DNA of 61,328 bases, filler included, from Sphacelaria rigidula (Eukaryota), in assembly GCA_964200075.2 (NCBI GenBank). It is 6 parts of 6 records of this genome, joined end to end, with 100 filler letters (N's around TTAATTAATTAA, not from the genome) between each part and the next. Parts side by side here need not be neighbours in the genome. Positions count along the whole stretch, not along the records: positions 51,192 to 61,328 come from CAXNAA020007054.1; 5 more parts are not named here. One strand, 5' to 3'. Below, piece after piece: positions 58,634-61,328 of the stretch; within the stretch, counting starts at the first letter, position 1, and the number at the start of each line of letters is the position of its first letter. The notes under the pieces are model-generated. The model saw only the letters and a list, made by a program, of their open reading frames with translations. It was not told the origin of the DNA and searched no databases. The translations under genes were made by a program, and so were the position numbers.

Positions 58634-60236
58634 AAATCACTACAACCAATGTCCGTGTTATCCTCTCAGTCAAGTACTACCGACCGTGCAGTGACAAAGT
58701 AAAACCGTCACTTCTACCGTCACTTAGTACAGCAAGGCGGTGTTCGTGTAGATCGTCTTGTGTCACGCAGCCCACCATCTATTGCTCAGGCAATGTATCA
58801 CAACAGTAGTACAGTCAGTACGGACCGTACACCACGAAACGACAGCAGAGTGCTGCGCCTCTCTCGCGCGCCCCATAATTTGAAATTATGCCTGTACATA
58901 TCATAGAAAACGATGAACACTGCGTTTCCAACTTTGATAGTGCGTCGATCACGTGAGAAGGGCTACTTTGAAGTGTTATGTGGAAAATCGCGCTGTTGAA
59001 AAACGGCGTTTCTGACAACGTTTTTTACTATACATGACAAGTATGTGTGTTGTAGGCCATTTATTCTGGGCACCAGTCTACACCTTTCGGTATATGTGGG
59101 CGCATCAGCCGGGGTNNNNNNNNNNCACAGGAGGAAGGTCAACACAGGAGCTTTTTCTTTTTTATTTGTTTCTATTACTCCACCTTCCTTCTGCTGTAGC
59201 CTGACCGTTTGTTATTGAAAATGCAAGCGTGGCCAAAAACGAAACCATGACCTACGGGAAACGCAAAGGTGCTTCAAAACCGTCTCAGCGAGTGGAGCAA
59301 GTCATTACAAGGTGTCAACCCCCGTCAAGCCCTCTTTTCGGGGGAAAAACGACGGAGAAGGGCCACAAATGCACTTTTCAACAAGTTTTGTTTTTTGATA
59401 CATGAAAGTAGCCTCAGGCTTGTGGTCCGACTTATGATTCTTGAAATTAGGCATGGTTGATCCGGGAAGGTTCCTCTGGGGAGCTGGTACCCTTCATCCC
59501 TTAACGTCGGAGAGGAGCTCCAATCCCTAGAAACCCTTGGAGCCTAAACTGTTCCGAGATGAGGACGATGGTCCACGGGTTTATTTTGACGCGGACAACC
59601 ATTCGGATCCTCAAGGGGCTGGCAATTTAAATTCGCTGATCAGCTTGTGTAGCAAGTGTTTTCGCTCATGACAGCGCTGCAGCAGCGCTCGATTAAAACT
59701 TGTAAATGCAAGCTTTACTGAGGTCATCCTGTGCAACCTGCTCACCAAGGACTCTCGATCTGCCATGCGGCAAGGTAGCCTGCCTCAATCAGAGAGTACA
59801 TAATTGAACGTGCTGGCTGTCAGTTGTTGTTCGGCTCTGTCAGACGACAGTACAACCGTTCGCGTCGGCATCGTAATTTCCGACTGCCGAGGCTACCTGG
59901 TGCACTGCGGCTATCGCATTATTCTGGTCATAACTATGCATCTCCAACACATTGTCGAAATCCTTACCGTCGGCAATGACAGCCGTATCCTAGATCGAAA
60001 ATTGCGCAGTCGCCGCCAACTCACAGGCACTTGATGCGTTCAAACGTTCAAACGGAAAGGTGCCAACTGCTGCAGGATACAGGATATATGGAAGCAGGAA
60101 TGTACTGACCGAAACATCTGTCAAGGACGGCTCCGACGAAGACAGCTGGCAATATCAAGTGTAATTCGACTTCATCATGCCTATCTCCTCAGCCTGAGAA
60201 TTCTGGCGAATTTGCTGTAGTGCACTGCCTACTCAC

Positions 60237-60435
60237 CCTGAGAGCAGCTCCTCGCAATGCTGCCAGCAGACCTAGCACTGCCCAGACGGCCGTTACCCCT
60301 TTTATCGGCTAGTGGACCCCTAGGACCATCGCCTTCGAGACATTCTTCCTCCAGAACCTTTCGCAATGCCCTTGCGTTCTTCTCTAGACCGACGGCAAAC
60401 GAACGGAAGTGTCCGAAGGCTTCAGCGTTCGACAT
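60237..60435 (-). CDS. Possible SKA3-like kinetochore protein, first exon
   Basis: ATG at 60435 and donor G|GTGAGT (phase 1, matching exon 2). Encodes MSNAEAFGHFRSFAVGLEKNARALRKVLEE. Confidence 0.55.
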
Positions 60436-61328
60436 ATCTGCTTTGGTACTATCCTGCAACAACGACAAGTGACATGATGTCGAGGGGAACTTGAGGGCAG
60501 AGGTCACTCGTACGGCCAGTGGTACATGACAATACAAACGGGGAGCTATTCCAGCTCTGGAGGCGAAAATAACTATTCCGAAGTCCCGAACTGGAACATT
60601 ACAACGAGACATGTACATGAAAGCCTCGGCCACTCGTACGTATCGAGCGAACATCGAATGACACCTGGTGCATCACACCAATCGCTGGTACGCGAGGCAT
60701 CGCGTAAGCTTGGCGTCATAAGAGTTCCACTACAGCAATGGGAAAGTATGGTATGAATTAAGGGTTTGAAGCAGCGAGCTGAGAAACCTGCTCAAGTTGA
60801 GTAGTAAAAATTGCGACTCTACGCAAAGGTTCTACCCAAAGGTTCTACTCGTACTCGAAAGTATCAGATTTTTCGAAAAGCATACGTGTATGAACCAGCA
60901 CTTAGCCTTACGGCGATGAAGATGACAAGCATCCTGAGAACTATTGCTTGACAAGACTTCACCATCCCCATCACCCTAACACGGAAAACGTATGCATGTA
61001 CAGTGTTGCGCCGGGGGTTAGTGTCACGTTTCCCACCACCCCTCAAAAACGAAGATGCGACGGAGTCAAAGAAGTGTACAGTGGGTTATATCGCAACTAA
61101 AGTGATACACAGCTGTAGTATTTAGCTGAATCTACCTTCTTATCGCAGTCTGGCTTAATTTCACTCGGTACAATTCACAAGCCAGCGATGATACCCCGCG
61201 TTAAAGTTGCAACTATTTGTACAAGAAAAAAAGTCAATTTCCAATATGCCCGTCCTTGATGCGTTCCCCGTCCTCCGACGAAGGCCATGACCGGTCTTGT
61301 CGGTACGGCGTGGGGAGGGTCTTTTCGG

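Larger units (their letters stand above)
56497..59413. mobile_element. PIF/Harbinger-like non-autonomous element with ~200-bp TIRs and nested inserts
   Basis: TCA|GTCTACTT...AAGTAGCC|TCA (3-bp TSD). Arms 56497-56700 and ~59210-59413 are inverted homologues. Confidence 0.75.

Noticed and set aside
59840..59990. Coding-looking minus-strand stretch (DTAVIADGKDFDNVLEM...) as an extra exon of the SKA3-like gene
   Set aside because: Its reading frame begins in phase 0, which does not fit the phase-1 donor at 60237.

Overview
This is intron-rich eukaryotic nuclear DNA, most consistent with a brown alga or other stramenopile. That assignment is an inference from short GT-AG exons in long repeat-filled introns and an iota-type carbonic anhydrase exon. 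The window is not one locus. Five identical 100-nt spacers (N44-TTAATTAATTAA-N44) cut it into six pieces of 10139, 10138, 10138, 10138, 10138 and 10137 bp, i.e. size-sorted unplaced contigs joined end to end. Hand-spliced, phase-consistent partial genes: a large acidic single-pass membrane protein (+), a 6-exon CysQ/IMPase-family phosphatase (-), the last exon of an iota carbonic anhydrase (+), a 3-exon gene of unknown function (-), an ABCD-type ABC transporter (-) and a possible SKA3 kinetochore protein (-). Mobile DNA: a decayed LINE, a DIRS-like remnant, an intron-containing pogo-type DDE transposase with an extra C-terminal domain, a tRNA-derived SINE family, and MITEs with Tc1/mariner, hAT, PIF/Harbinger and piggyBac-type ends. 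The most interesting signals are a 585-bp foldback whose arm differences favour G-U pairs on the + strand (candidate miRNA/hairpin-RNA locus), the pogo element's extra domain and oppositely oriented N-terminus, and a LINE bracketed by inverted copies of its own 3' end. All family assignments come from motif recognition by eye; no searches were run.
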